Source: Candidatus Zixiibacteriota bacterium
GTDB lineage: Bacteria > Zixibacteria > MSB-5A5 > GN15 > JAAZOE01
Reading direction: 5' to 3'
Assembly: GCA_043819555.1 (NCBI GenBank)
Contig: JBDREQ010000064.1
Span: forward strand, 18,026-82,025
DNA length: 64,000 nt
Shown here: positions 41,025 through 51,926 of the stretch, one piece after another
How positions within the stretch are numbered: the stretch's first letter is position 1
Layout: every line of letters begins with the position of its first letter
The notes under the pieces: generated by a model
What the model saw: the letters and a program-made list of their open reading frames with translations, nothing else
Told to the model about the DNA's origin: nothing
The model's database searches: none
Program-made: the position numbers and the translations under genes

Positions 41025-42566
41025 CTACTCCCACTCAATTGTTGCTGGGGGTTTGGATGAGATATCATAACAGATGCGGTTGACACCTTTGACTTCGTTG
41101 ATAATACGATTTGAAACACGAGCCAGAATATCATTGGGGATATGCGCCCAGTCAGCAGTCATTCCGTCGGTTGAAGTCACCGCTCGAAGCGCTATTGTAT
41201 TCTCATATGTCCGTTCATCACCCATAACTCCAACCGATTGCACCGGCAAGAGTACCGCGAACGCCTGCCAGATTTTATCATACTGACCGGTCGCCTTCAG
41301 CTCGGATATATAAATCGCGTCGGCTTCACGAAGCACAGCCAGTCGTTCTTCAGTAATATCGCCGATAATGCGAACTGCCAGACCCGGTCCGGGAAACGGA
41401 TGCCGCCCAATTAGCAGCGGATCAAGTTCGAGCTTTCGGCCCAGCGCCCGCACTTCGTCTTTAAACAGTTCCCGCAACGGTTCGACGATTTTAAGATTCA
41501 TCTTTTCGGGAAGACCCCCGACGTTGTGATGCGATTTAATTGTCGCCGACGGGCCTTTGAAACTGACTGACTCGATTACATCTGGATAAAGTGTTCCCTG
41601 CGCGAGATATTTGGCGTCGCCGTCATTGCGGGCGGCTTCTTCGAATACTTCAATAAACGTCTCCCCGATAATTTTGCGTTTCTTTTCGGGATCGACAACA
41701 CCGGACAAACGATCAAGAAATTTCTTTGAGGCATCTACCGGTTTGAGGTTTATCCCCATTGACTTATATGACTGGATGACGTCTTCATATTCATTCTTGC
41801 GCAAAAGGCCATTATTAACGAAAATTGCTGTCATCTGATCGCCGACCGCTTTTTGCAAAAGCGCCGCTGTGACGGTTGAATCTACTCCGCCGGATATTCC
41901 CAGGATAACCTTGTCGTCGCCGATAGTCTTATGAAGCGATTTGACCGATGATTCAATAAATGATTCGGTTGTCCAGTCACCGGAAACGCCGCATATGTCG
42001 AACAGAAAATTCTTAATTATCTTTGTGCCTTCTTCGGTATGATTGACTTCGGGATGAAACTGAACCCCGTAAAAGTTTTTCTTCTCGTTGGCAACGGCCG
42101 CATAAGGAATATCCGGTGTTGACGCCAGAATCTGAAACCCATCAGGCATTTTCGTCAGAGAATCGCCATGGCTCATCCATCCCTGGCTGGGTGAGTTCAC
42201 ATCTTTCAAAAACGGGCTGCCGTTTTTGATATCAATCATCGCCCGGCCATATTCTCGCTTTTCGGCCCGCGATAATTCGCCGCCCAGACGATAAGCCATG
42301 AGATGCAGTCCATAACAAATGCCAAGAATGGGAAGGTCACAATCAAAAAATGAAGCAGGCAATCGGGGCGCATCGTCATCAAGTACCGAAGCCGGTCCCC
42401 CGGAAAGGATATAACCCTTCAGATTTGCATTTCCGTATTTTGATAAATCGGCATTAAACGGCACGATTTCACAATAGACGTTTTGCTCGCGCACGCGGCG
42501 GGCGATTAGTTGCGTATATTGGGAGCCAAAATCTAAAATCAGTATTAGTTCATGCTGTCGATCCAT
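41025..42566 (-). CDS. guaA: GMP synthase (glutamine-hydrolysing)
   Basis: [49 protein letters not shown]. Confidence 0.98.
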   Translation of the reverse strand: MDRQHELILILDFGSQYTQLIARRVREQNVYCEIVPFNADLSKYGNANLKGYILSGGPASVLDDDAPRLPASFFDCDLPILGICYGLHLMAYRLGGELSRAEKREYGRAMIDIKNGSPFLKDVNSPSQGWMSHGDSLTKMPDGFQILASTPDIPYAAVANEKKNFYGVQFHPEVNHTEEGTKIIKNFLFDICGVSGDWTTESFIESSVKSLHKTIGDDKVILGISGGVDSTVTAALLQKAVGDQMTAIFVNNGLLRKNEYEDVIQSYKSMGINLKPVDASKKFLDRLSGVVDPEKKRKIIGETFIEVFEEAARNDGDAKYLAQGTLYPDVIESVSFKGPSATIKSHHNVGGLPEKMNLKIVEPLRELFKDEVRALGRKLELDPLLIGRHPFPGPGLAVRIIGDITEERLAVLREADAIYISELKATGQYDKIWQAFAVLLPVQSVGVMGDERTYENTIALRAVTSTDGMTADWAHIPNDILARVSNRIINEVKGVNRICYDISSKPPATIEWE

Positions 42567-44161
42567 CGACATGTTCCCTTTTTGTTAAAAATCGTATCCT
42601 TCTTCCAATTGGTATCATCGGTATCGGGAAAATCTGCCATATAATGCAAACCTCGAGACTCCTTGCGCGCACTCGCTCCTTCGATTATCAGACAGGCATT
42701 GAGAGCCATGTTTCTAAGTTCAATACTTGGGTATGATAATGCATGCGACTGAAAGTAACGGCTCACGCTGGTTCTGATAAGAGCCATATGTTCGGCGGCT
42801 TCTTCGAGAAGATATGAACTGCGCACAATCCCGACACAATCCCACATTATTCGTTTTAGCTCACGGCGGTTGTGCATCAAAATGACTCGTTCACGGGTCG
42901 CTTTCGGCCGATCAGGATGGGGGAAAACCAATTTAGGCGGTTCTGGAATTTTTGATGTTCTAAATACTTTTACTGCCTGATTTGCTGCCATTTCGGCCGT
43001 TGCGACGGCTTCCAATAGTGAATTAGATGCCAGACGATTGGCGCCGTGCATTCCGGTGCAGGCTGTTTCGCCGCATACAAATAATCGTTCAATTCCGGTC
43101 CGTCCGCAGACATCAGCAACCACCCCGCCGCATAGATAATGAGCCGCCGGGACAACTGGGATTAAATCTCGGGTAATATCGATTCCTTCTTCAAGGCAGT
43201 TTATATAGATATTAGGAAATCGAGATCTTATATGTCCTGATGAAATGTGTCTTAAATCAAGCCAGACACTATCCTGCCCTGATAGTTTCAATTCAGTATC
43301 AATTGCCCGCGCGACAATATCCCTGGGCGCCAAATCTTTCATGGGATGATATTTTTCCATGAATGGCTTGCCGTCGCCGGTTCGCAAAACGGCTCCTTCG
43401 CCTCGAACCGCTTCGGAAATCAAAAAAGTCCGTTTACCAATGACCGATAGCGTCGTAGGATGAAATTGGATAAATTCCATATTGGCCACGTTGGCTCCGG
43501 CGCGGAACGCCATGGCGACACCATCTCCGGTAGCGATGCGAGGGTTGGTAGTGTGGCGATAAACCTGCCCGCTCCCCCCCGTCGCCAGCATTGTAATCGC
43601 GGAACGGATGTTTATCCGATCCTGATTGTGGGGATTAAAAACATAAGCCCCGCCGCAAATTGTTTTCCCCTGAGATTCGAAGGCTATTAAATCGACGGCT
43701 ATTTGATTGGAGTACACCGATATATTTTTATGCTCGTGGCAGGCCGCTACTAAAGCCGTTTCTATTTCGCGGCCGGTCAGATCGTCAGCATGGACGACTC
43801 GCTTATGAGAATGTCCCCCTTCGCGCCCCAATGAAAAGCGATCGCCGTTTCGACCTCGGGTGAATCTGACTCCAATATCTTTTAACCGCTCAATGCAGGC
43901 CGGGCCGGCTTTGATAATCGTTTCCACGACTTCCTTATTACATAACCCCGCCCCGGCTGTTAAAGTATCGGCCAGATGCGACTCAAAGCTGTCAGTGGGA
44001 GACATGACCGAGGCGATCCCACCCTGGGCGTAGTTGGTATTCGATTCCGTTTCTTCTTTTTTGGTAATAATCGCCACGCTGCCATATTCGGCCACCTTCA
44101 ATGCGAATGACAGCCCTGCGATTCCAGAACCTATGATAAGAAAATCATATTCGTTTTTCAT
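42545..44161 (-). CDS. nadB: L-aspartate oxidase
   Basis: [46 protein letters not shown]. Confidence 0.95.
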   Translation of the reverse strand: MKNEYDFLIIGSGIAGLSFALKVAEYGSVAIITKKEETESNTNYAQGGIASVMSPTDSFESHLADTLTAGAGLCNKEVVETIIKAGPACIERLKDIGVRFTRGRNGDRFSLGREGGHSHKRVVHADDLTGREIETALVAACHEHKNISVYSNQIAVDLIAFESQGKTICGGAYVFNPHNQDRINIRSAITMLATGGSGQVYRHTTNPRIATGDGVAMAFRAGANVANMEFIQFHPTTLSVIGKRTFLISEAVRGEGAVLRTGDGKPFMEKYHPMKDLAPRDIVARAIDTELKLSGQDSVWLDLRHISSGHIRSRFPNIYINCLEEGIDITRDLIPVVPAAHYLCGGVVADVCGRTGIERLFVCGETACTGMHGANRLASNSLLEAVATAEMAANQAVKVFRTSKIPEPPKLVFPHPDRPKATRERVILMHNRRELKRIMWDCVGIVRSSYLLEEAAEHMALIRTSVSRYFQSHALSYPSIELRNMALNACLIIEGASARKESRGLHYMADFPDTDDTNWKKDTIFNKKGTCRWIDSMN

Positions 44162-45248
44162 TGTTCACTCGACCCAGAATTTTGCTTAGAACCTCCTCGT
44201 CAAATGGCTCTACTTTAAGAGACAGCGAATAAATTGGCATATCAAGGCCTTCCTGCGGTAATTTAACCATGTCTTTGGCAGTTGTCAAATAGCAGTCGGC
44301 TCCGCAATTATCTGATAAAACTCGCAGATGAGCAAAGTCCGATTTATCATAGTCATAATGGTCGCCAAAGCTATACGAACCGGCCAGGTCAATTCCGGAC
44401 TCTTTCAGCATATCCTGAAGGCGAGAAAATGAACCAATGCCTGCGAATAAAAACGGTTTATGATTTTTCAACCCTGATACAGGTAATTTTTGATTGCCAA
44501 GCATGACCCCGTCCCATGAATATTTCCAAATCATGCAGGGTGCCATTGCATTAAAGTTCCGATATAATTGGCTTGAATTGTCAATTTCTTCTTTGCCGCT
44601 TTGGATAAACATAATCGCATCAGCCCGGGATATTGAATCAAGAGGCTCCCGCAATTTACCAACCGGAAACATCCTCCAATTTTTCTTTTCATTTTCTGAA
44701 TCTTTATTAAATACTTCTGCGGGTAATATCGCCAAATCAATATCTTTTTGAATATCAAGCCTCTGATAACCATCATCGATTAAGATTATCTCAGGCGATA
44801 ATTTTTCATCGATTAGCTTAACCATTTTTTTCTTATCCCGGCCGACGGCAAATCCCGCATTCGACAATTGTTGAGCCATCATGGATACTTCATCGCCAAC
44901 ATCTTTATAATTTAGGCCATTAAACTTCCCTGGTTCAACGACAATGCAATTGTTTGAGGACCGTCCGTAACCGGAATGAACTATGGCGACCTTTTTCTCC
45001 TGCTCCAGAAAATATCGCGCCAGCCAGATAACAATCGGCGTCTTACCTGTTCCGCCGACGGATATATTCCCGACTGAAATAACGCGGGCGTTCCATTCAC
45101 GAGAACAGCGATTTTTGCGGTTTCGCAGATTCATTCTTGAGAATAATTGATATATCGGTGCGATTATCCTGAAGAGCAGTAAAAACGGAAAACAATAAAA
45201 TCTGTCGCTGCCCCGGGAATCAACGACGATTTCCCAGAATCGTTTCAT
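44145..45248 (-). CDS. lpxK: Tetraacyldisaccharide 4'-kinase
   Basis: SVGNISVGGTGKTP, GDE, DDGYQ, G.LREP, AGIG, DH, TAKD. Confidence 0.92.
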   Translation of the reverse strand: MKRFWEIVVDSRGSDRFYCFPFLLLFRIIAPIYQLFSRMNLRNRKNRCSREWNARVISVGNISVGGTGKTPIVIWLARYFLEQEKKVAIVHSGYGRSSNNCIVVEPGKFNGLNYKDVGDEVSMMAQQLSNAGFAVGRDKKKMVKLIDEKLSPEIILIDDGYQRLDIQKDIDLAILPAEVFNKDSENEKKNWRMFPVGKLREPLDSISRADAIMFIQSGKEEIDNSSQLYRNFNAMAPCMIWKYSWDGVMLGNQKLPVSGLKNHKPFLFAGIGSFSRLQDMLKESGIDLAGSYSFGDHYDYDKSDFAHLRVLSDNCGADCYLTTAKDMVKLPQEGLDMPIYSLSLKVEPFDEEVLSKILGRVNNEKRI

Positions 45249-46522
45249 AGTCCGAATTCCTTGACAATAATTTCAGCGGTCATATCGGCAACGGATTCAT
45301 TGTTCGCCGCATACTCCTTGAATTTCAAACTGCCTGAAATGAATTGAATCAATGTCTCAGCCATGGATTTACCATTTTCTATCATTGTGCCCCAGTTTTG
45401 GGACAGAATCTGCTTCGATGCCTCGCGAACATTATCGAGTGATGGCCCGAATATAACCGGTATGCCGGCCAAAACCGGTTCCATTATATTATGACCGCCG
45501 ATATCCGTTAAAGTTCCTCCGACAAAAGCGATATCCGCACCGCAGAATAAATCAGCCAGGACACCCATGCTATCCATGAGGATGATATCTTCGGCAATAT
45601 GTTTCCCTTCACCCAATTCCGAATATAAGACATATGAATACCCGTATGAGCCAATAATTCCTTTAACTTCGCCAATCCTCTCCAAATGCCGTGGTGCAAT
45701 AAGTAATTTAAAATTACTCGAATGGCGGTTTATTCGTTTCATCGCTTCGCAAATCTGTTCTTCTTCGCCTGAGCGGGTGGATGCCGCTATAAAAAAGGTA
45801 GTCTGATTATCTATTCCCAGTGTCTCCCGAATTGTTTTTTTAGATTTACTTTGTTCATCGTTATTATTGCGGTCATGCTTGATATTGCCGCCTACAAGAA
45901 TTTTATCATGTTTGGCCCCGATAGCTTCCATTCGTGCGGCATCGGTTTTGGTTTGGACAATAAATTTTCGGTAAATTGAAAACAAACGGGATAGCGATGA
46001 TTTGAACAGACGATAACCTTTTAGCGATTTTTCAGACAGCCGTCCATTCGCGAGGAGAATCGGAATATTGTTTTTTCGACAAAAGGCCAAAAAATAGGGC
46101 CAAATTTCAGTTTCGACAATTACAATGCCCATGGGTTTGAACTTATTGAATAATCTTTTAAGAGGAAAATAACAATCAAGTGGAAAATAAAATACCGAAC
46201 GAGCATCGGGAAAAACGGCGCGAGCCAGTTCTTGCCCGGTTTTGGTATAGGTAGATATACAATAATCAAATTTCTTATCAGTATTTTTCAATGCTATTAT
46301 CAAACGTTCAAGTACTTTTACTTCCCCCACTGATGAGGCATGAAGCCAGAGTAAATTATTTTTTGTAATTTCTTTATTCTGACAGGTATCAAGAGGTAAA
46401 TATATTTCTGGGTTTATCACCCGCCTCTGTCCCCATTCATCGCATTTGGCGGTCTTGATGGCGAGGTACGGCCAGCACAGCAGGTATGCCATATTCAAAA
46501 TTATTTTATAGACTATTATCAT
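45245..46522 (-). CDS. waaA: Kdo transferase
   Basis: WLHASSVGE, ETEIWP, NGRLS, APRHLER, GGHNIMEP. Confidence 0.94.
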   Translation of the reverse strand: MIIVYKIILNMAYLLCWPYLAIKTAKCDEWGQRRVINPEIYLPLDTCQNKEITKNNLLWLHASSVGEVKVLERLIIALKNTDKKFDYCISTYTKTGQELARAVFPDARSVFYFPLDCYFPLKRLFNKFKPMGIVIVETEIWPYFLAFCRKNNIPILLANGRLSEKSLKGYRLFKSSLSRLFSIYRKFIVQTKTDAARMEAIGAKHDKILVGGNIKHDRNNNDEQSKSKKTIRETLGIDNQTTFFIAASTRSGEEEQICEAMKRINRHSSNFKLLIAPRHLERIGEVKGIIGSYGYSYVLYSELGEGKHIAEDIILMDSMGVLADLFCGADIAFVGGTLTDIGGHNIMEPVLAGIPVIFGPSLDNVREASKQILSQNWGTMIENGKSMAETLIQFISGSLKFKEYAANNESVADMTAEIIVKEFGL

Positions 46523-47655
46523 AGCGGAACAATTTCCATAATGGCCTCAAATGCCCGTCGACCACAGCCGCCTTCCCCCAGTTTTTCACGAACCAGATTC
46601 AGCTCCTTTACGGTACCGGCGTACTTCTCGCCGTCGGTCAATAGCAACTTTGCCTCGCGGGTAATATTGGCAACCGATGCATCTTTCTGAATCAATTCAG
46701 GAACAATTTTCCTTCCCATAATAATATTTATCATCGCGATTGAATCAAGCGTTATCAAATGTTTGGCAATCCGGTATGTTAATCCTCCAGTCTTATAAAT
46801 TACCACCATCGGCTTGCCAAAAAACGCTGTCTCGACCGTCGCCGTTCCCGATGAAGTTATTACCAGATCAGAGGCATTAATAATCCCCGGCGTCTCCCCG
46901 ATTGAAATCTTTATTCCCGAATCCGAGATGATATTATCATAGATGGAAAGAGGGACATTATCAATTCCCGCAACAATAAATTCCAAATTCGCTTTCTGTT
47001 GCGATAAGCGGCGTGCCGTTTTTATCATCACCGGAAGCATCCGCTTGACTTCCTGAATGCGGGACCCGGGGAGAAGTGCGATAAGCTTTTTCCCTGATTC
47101 TATTTTTAATTTGGCCCGGCATGTTTTCGCGTCCGGAAAATCCTTATATCGATCCGTGATCGGATGGCCCACGAATTTTACCGGTATCTGATGGTTCTGA
47201 TAGAACTCCTCCTCGAAAGGAAAAATCACAAGCATAAAATCAATCAGATTTTTTATTTGGGATACCCGATTCTTTCCCCAGGCCCATACCTGGGGTGATA
47301 TGTAGTATATAATTGGAATGCCAAGTCGCCTAATTCTCCGGGCCAGACGGAGATTAAAACCGGGATAATCAATAAGTACGATTGCCCCTGGTTTCTTTTT
47401 TTCAATTTCTAAGATGGACTGATTTAATAGTTTTCTAAAGAAATTTATCTGCGGAATAATTTCCCAGAATCCCAGAATGGCAAGTTTTTTATAATCGGCC
47501 AGCGAGGATAATCCGGCTTCCTGCATCATCGGTCCTCCCAGACCGAAAATATCTATATTACTATCGAAACGTTTTATTTCCTCTATCAGATTTTTCCCTG
47601 GGAAATCAGCTGAAGGATCTCCGGCGCTGATAAATATGGATTTTTTATCGTTCAT
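46519..47655 (-). CDS. lpxB: Lipid A disaccharide synthase
   Basis: IDYPGFNL, YISPQVWAW, FVGHP, LPGSR, SSGTAT, PELIQ. Confidence 0.95.
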   Translation of the reverse strand: MNDKKSIFISAGDPSADFPGKNLIEEIKRFDSNIDIFGLGGPMMQEAGLSSLADYKKLAILGFWEIIPQINFFRKLLNQSILEIEKKKPGAIVLIDYPGFNLRLARRIRRLGIPIIYYISPQVWAWGKNRVSQIKNLIDFMLVIFPFEEEFYQNHQIPVKFVGHPITDRYKDFPDAKTCRAKLKIESGKKLIALLPGSRIQEVKRMLPVMIKTARRLSQQKANLEFIVAGIDNVPLSIYDNIISDSGIKISIGETPGIINASDLVITSSGTATVETAFFGKPMVVIYKTGGLTYRIAKHLITLDSIAMINIIMGRKIVPELIQKDASVANITREAKLLLTDGEKYAGTVKELNLVREKLGEGGCGRRAFEAIMEIVPL

Positions 47656-48637
47656 TGGCTTTCATCTTCTCGGCCCCGATCCTGCTTTTGGCAATTACGT
47701 CCAGCGCCACAGCAAGCGCATCACGCCCCTCGCGGCCTGACACCGCTACAGGCGCATCCTTTATAATTGACTCGCCAAATGATTTTAATTCAGCCTCGAG
47801 CATATCGATCTTTTTATCACCTATCTGCCGGTACCCGATATTTTTGCCCGAATCTCCAAGAGGAATCGTTAAATCGCCTGATGACGTTGCGGGATCAACC
47901 ATCCGATAAATGTCGACCTGTTTTTCAGACAAATCGAGTGAAAAATAACCGGAGGTTTGAAATATCCGCAACTTTCGCATGGCCTGAAGAGAAATTCGAC
48001 TGGCGGTCAGATTAGCCACAGAGCCATTTTCAAAAGTCAGCCGGGCATTGGCGATATCCTCGCTGTCAGAAACAACTCTTACCGCCGAGGCGGAAATATC
48101 CTTAATGGGCGATTTAATAAAATAAAGCGACAGGTCGATATCATGAATCATTAAATCAAGAACGACGGCGACGTCGGCTCCGCGCGGATTAAACTTGGCC
48201 AAACGATGAGCTTCAATAAAACTGGGGCGAATATCGAAATCGCATAGCTTCGCAACCGCCGGATTAAATCTCTCGATATGCCCGACCATGAGTTTGACAC
48301 CCGCTGCCTCGGCGCACTTGATAATCTCATCGGCCTGTTCAATTGTGGCCGCAATCGGCTTTTCGATCAAAAGATGCTTCTTTTGAGCAATTACTTTCAG
48401 CGCAATCTCATAATGATTCGATGTTGTCGCCGCGACGGAAACAGCATCACAGTTTTTGATTAATTCGTCAACGCCGGTGAAAGCCCTGCATCCTATTTCG
48501 CGCGACAGTTCCTCCATGCGGGTGTTATCAATATCATAAATGCCCTGAAAATCAAATATTGATATTTGACCGGCCCAGCGGGCATGATGCCGCCCCAGGG
48601 CTCCCACTCCTATAACGCCATATTTTATTTTATCCAT
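47645..48637 (-). CDS. Gfo/Idh/MocA-family oxidoreductase (GnnA candidate)
   Basis: GVIGVG.LG..H, LIEKPIA, VGHIERFNPA, DLMIHDID; between lpxA and lpxB. Confidence 0.85.
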   Translation of the reverse strand: MDKIKYGVIGVGALGRHHARWAGQISIFDFQGIYDIDNTRMEELSREIGCRAFTGVDELIKNCDAVSVAATTSNHYEIALKVIAQKKHLLIEKPIAATIEQADEIIKCAEAAGVKLMVGHIERFNPAVAKLCDFDIRPSFIEAHRLAKFNPRGADVAVVLDLMIHDIDLSLYFIKSPIKDISASAVRVVSDSEDIANARLTFENGSVANLTASRISLQAMRKLRIFQTSGYFSLDLSEKQVDIYRMVDPATSSGDLTIPLGDSGKNIGYRQIGDKKIDMLEAELKSFGESIIKDAPVAVSGREGRDALAVALDVIAKSRIGAEKMKANER

Positions 48638-48650
48638 ATCTCTATATAAA

Positions 48651-48672
48651 CAAAACCACCCCTTAGGGTGGT
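48651..48672 (-). terminator. Hairpin after lpxA (possible partial terminator)
   Basis: ACCACCC-CTTA-GGGTGGT followed by a U-rich run on minus strand. Confidence 0.5.
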
Positions 48673-48700
48673 AAAAATTTTAAGAATTTACCAATCTGAT

Positions 48701-49471
48701 TTACGCTTTGACCAACCCTCGCGTTGACGCCTTGATAAAATTTAGAATTTCATTGACTTCATCAGTAAGTTCAATTTCGGCTTTTATTTTTTCCACCGCT
48801 TGTGTCGTATTCAGATTCGAAAAAAACAGTATTTTAAATGCATCCCTAAGGATCTTTATTGTTTCCGGAGAAAAACCTCTCCGCCGCAAGCCAATAATAT
48901 TCACTCCCGCGATTTTCAGAGGATATCCTCCGGCCATTGAATACGGCATAAGATCCTGAACGATTCGGAACCCTCCGCCGGTCATGGAATGCGTCCCGAT
49001 TTTTACAAATTGATGAACCGGCACCACGCCTCCGACAATGGCATGATCGCCAATATGCACATGCCCCCCCAAATTAACCGAATTGGCCATGATGACATCA
49101 TCGCCCAATTTGCAGTCATGAGCCACATGAGCATAGGCCATCAACAGACAATTCCTGCCGATGATAGTCGAACCGCTTTCGGATGTTCCTCGATTAACGG
49201 TCACATATTCCCGGATTCTGGTTCCGTCGCCGATAATGGCCACCGATTCCTCCCCCTCAAATTTCAAATCTTGTGGGATAGTTCCGATGACGGCACCCTG
49301 GAATACCTGAACATTTTTGCCGACTCGGGCGCCATAAGCGATCTGGACATGCGATCCGATTTTGCTCCCTTCATCTATCTCGACATTGCCCTCAATTATC
49401 GAGTACGGCCCGATTTCGACCGTATCATGCACCCGGGCATCTTCTGATATAATCGCCGTTTTATGTATCAT
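48701..49471 (-). CDS. lpxA: UDP-N-acetylglucosamine acyltransferase
   Basis: Hexapeptide repeats, PQDLKF, IREYVTVNRGT, AHVAHDC, VHQF. Confidence 0.96.
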   Translation of the reverse strand: MIHKTAIISEDARVHDTVEIGPYSIIEGNVEIDEGSKIGSHVQIAYGARVGKNVQVFQGAVIGTIPQDLKFEGEESVAIIGDGTRIREYVTVNRGTSESGSTIIGRNCLLMAYAHVAHDCKLGDDVIMANSVNLGGHVHIGDHAIVGGVVPVHQFVKIGTHSMTGGGFRIVQDLMPYSMAGGYPLKIAGVNIIGLRRRGFSPETIKILRDAFKILFFSNLNTTQAVEKIKAEIELTDEVNEILNFIKASTRGLVKA

Positions 49472-50859
49472 CGGTCAATTATTGCCGCCATAAATTTGGC
49501 TTCGGTTACAACTTTATCATCAACAAAGGTTTTGCCTTCCATGCGGCAAGTTCCCCGGCGCAGCGAAACCAGTTCTATTTCAAAACGAAGCTGATCGCCC
49601 GGCTCTACCGGTTTGCGGAATTTCACGTCATCAATTGACATAAAATAAACAAGCTTGGTTTCCGGTTTTCCAAGGGCGTTAAGCAATAACAAGCCGCCGG
49701 CCTGAGCCATCGCCTCAACAATTAAAACTCCCGGCATAATCGGGTGATCGGGAAAATGACCCATGAAAAACGGTTCATTGATAGTCACATTTTTCATCGC
49801 CACGACCCGCTTTTCAGGCTCCAGGTCGATGATTCTATCGATAAGCAAAAATGGATAACGATGCGGCATAATTTTTAAAATGCCGCTGATATCCATAAAG
49901 GCGCTGGATTTTTTGGTCGGAAAACGGCTGGCGATCTGCTTTTTCTGATAGAGTGAACGCAGTTTCTTAACCAGTTCCACATTGGCCTTATGCCCCGACC
50001 GGGCCGCCAGTATATGGCCTTTGATAGGCACGCCAATCAATGTTAAATCACCGATTAAATCGACAGCCTTGTGCCGAACCGGTTCATTATCGTAACGCAG
50101 AGGGATGTCGTTTATTATTCCGGTTTTACCGACAAATATTTTATCCTTCAAATTGAGCGCTTTGCGAATCCGATCAACCTCTATCTGCCCGCCGTTCAAA
50201 TCATAAATAACGATGGCATTATCGATCCCGCCGCCCTTGATAAGTCCCTTCTCCCTGAGCTCTTCGGCTTCCGAAAGAAAACAAAAAGTCCGGGCGGGAG
50301 CGAATTCTGTAGCGAATTCTTCTTCAAGATTAACCAGTGAAGTGTATTGCGTCCCCAATGCCGGACTGGCATAGTCAATCATAAATGTTAAACGGAAATC
50401 GGTCGAGGGCGTTACGACAATATCGACTTTTCTGTCAGGTTCCGAATACGACATGGGAGCGTCGATTTCAAGATACTCCTTATCTTCTTCGAAATCATGA
50501 AAACCGGCTTTTTGCAGGAGTTCGACAAAAGGCATCGCCGATCCATCGCCGACCGGAGGTTCCGAACCGGATAACTCAATGAGGATGTTATCTATTCCCA
50601 GACCGGTCAGGGCCGCCAGTACGTGTTCAACGGTATGGACTTTGGCCTCGCCGATGCCGATCGTTGTCCCACGGGCGATATCTATGACATGGTCAATATC
50701 GGCCGGAATCGGTTCGGAATTGGGAATATCAGTCCGCACGAATTTTATTCCATGATCCGGATTGGCCGGCTTGAACGTAATCCGGCAATTCTCGCCGGTA
50801 TGCAGACCGACTCCATCAAAACTTATTTCGCGCGTGATGCTTCTCTTTTTTGCGTACAT
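49468..50859 (-). CDS. lpxC: Bifunctional LpxC/FabZ
   Basis: GVGLHTG, TVEH, APARTF, HKAVDLIGD (LpxC); PHRYPFLLID, GHFP..PIMPGVL.EAMAQ (FabZ). Confidence 0.96.
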   Translation of the reverse strand: MYAKKRSITREISFDGVGLHTGENCRITFKPANPDHGIKFVRTDIPNSEPIPADIDHVIDIARGTTIGIGEAKVHTVEHVLAALTGLGIDNILIELSGSEPPVGDGSAMPFVELLQKAGFHDFEEDKEYLEIDAPMSYSEPDRKVDIVVTPSTDFRLTFMIDYASPALGTQYTSLVNLEEEFATEFAPARTFCFLSEAEELREKGLIKGGGIDNAIVIYDLNGGQIEVDRIRKALNLKDKIFVGKTGIINDIPLRYDNEPVRHKAVDLIGDLTLIGVPIKGHILAARSGHKANVELVKKLRSLYQKKQIASRFPTKKSSAFMDISGILKIMPHRYPFLLIDRIIDLEPEKRVVAMKNVTINEPFFMGHFPDHPIMPGVLIVEAMAQAGGLLLLNALGKPETKLVYFMSIDDVKFRKPVEPGDQLRFEIELVSLRRGTCRMEGKTFVDDKVVTEAKFMAAIIDR

Positions 50860-51005
50860 ATCCTGCCTTAAAAGTTAGTCATGGTATATAGCCAAATACA
50901 AATTCTATTTCAAGGAAAAATTTGATGCGTTTTCGGCCCAATTCAGCTATATTATTATGAGGCTTGACCTTATTGGGAAACTCTGCTGCAATTCGCAAGT
51001 AACGG

Positions 51006-51797
51006 ATGGGGCGTATGAAAAAACTAATCACAATTCAAATTCTGTTCTTCATTCTTTTGATTGTGGGAATGACATTATTTTGTATTTCAATAGCTCATGC
51101 CGAAAACGAATTGAAAAAATCTCACTTTGATTATAACGAGATTCAGGTAGATAAACCATTCAAGAAATTCGCGCTGCGTCTGGGTGCCGATTATTCTATT
51201 CCATATGGTGAATACAATAATCTCATGTCCGGAAGTGGATATGGTGCTGAGTTTACATATTATGTAACCCCGCGTACCGGCTTTAAAATAGGCTGGGAGC
51301 GAATGGGGATTGATTACGGCAATGAATCATATGCGGCGACGACACCCCCCTGGGATATTCGCTATCGAATTATTTTTTCAGAAAAGAAAATCTCACCTTT
51401 TCGCATAAATATAGCCCTGCACTATCTCCACTCCATAGGCAATGCTATTAATCCAAAAGCCCGGGCTCATCTCGATTTTGGACTTGGTCATTACCGAATG
51501 AAGATAACATCCAGACAATCAATCATTGATGATTCCACCGGAGTGGTCCATTCCAATAACTATGATTACGCGAAAAGCCGCATCGCCTTTGAGATGGGAG
51601 GCGGATTGATTTTACATCTGATAAATGAGTTCGCTCTGGATTTCGGCTTGTTGCTGTCTTATAACATATCCGGCAGAACCGAAAATATTATTCTCACTCC
51701 ACCCGCCGAACAATTTACCTTTTTTTACTATGGCTCCAAATATCCCAAATACGATGGTCTGATGAAACTGCAACTGGGTTTAATCTGGTTTTTCTGA
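51006..51797 (+). CDS. Outer-membrane beta-barrel protein
   Basis: Signal peptide, amphipathic beta-strands, C-terminal LQLGLIWFF beta-signal. Confidence 0.7.
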   Translation: MGRMKKLITIQILFFILLIVGMTLFCISIAHAENELKKSHFDYNEIQVDKPFKKFALRLGADYSIPYGEYNNLMSGSGYGAEFTYYVTPRTGFKIGWERMGIDYGNESYAATTPPWDIRYRIIFSEKKISPFRINIALHYLHSIGNAINPKARAHLDFGLGHYRMKITSRQSIIDDSTGVVHSNNYDYAKSRIAFEMGGGLILHLINEFALDFGLLLSYNISGRTENIILTPPAEQFTFFYYGSKYPKYDGLMKLQLGLIWFF

Positions 51798-51862
51798 GAG
51801 TAAGCAAGGTTCATTTCCCAAAATATTAATAAAACTTATTATTAAAAAATACATCTGGCAGC

Positions 51863-51891
51863 TTGACAAGAAATAAGATAGAGCTTATTAT
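51863..51891 (+). promoter_or_regulatory. Sigma70-type promoter
   Basis: TTGACA-N17-TATTAT upstream of 51927 gene. Confidence 0.7.
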
Positions 51892-51926
51892 CCTCTATCT
51901 TGTAACAAAGGAGGGGACATACCCTT

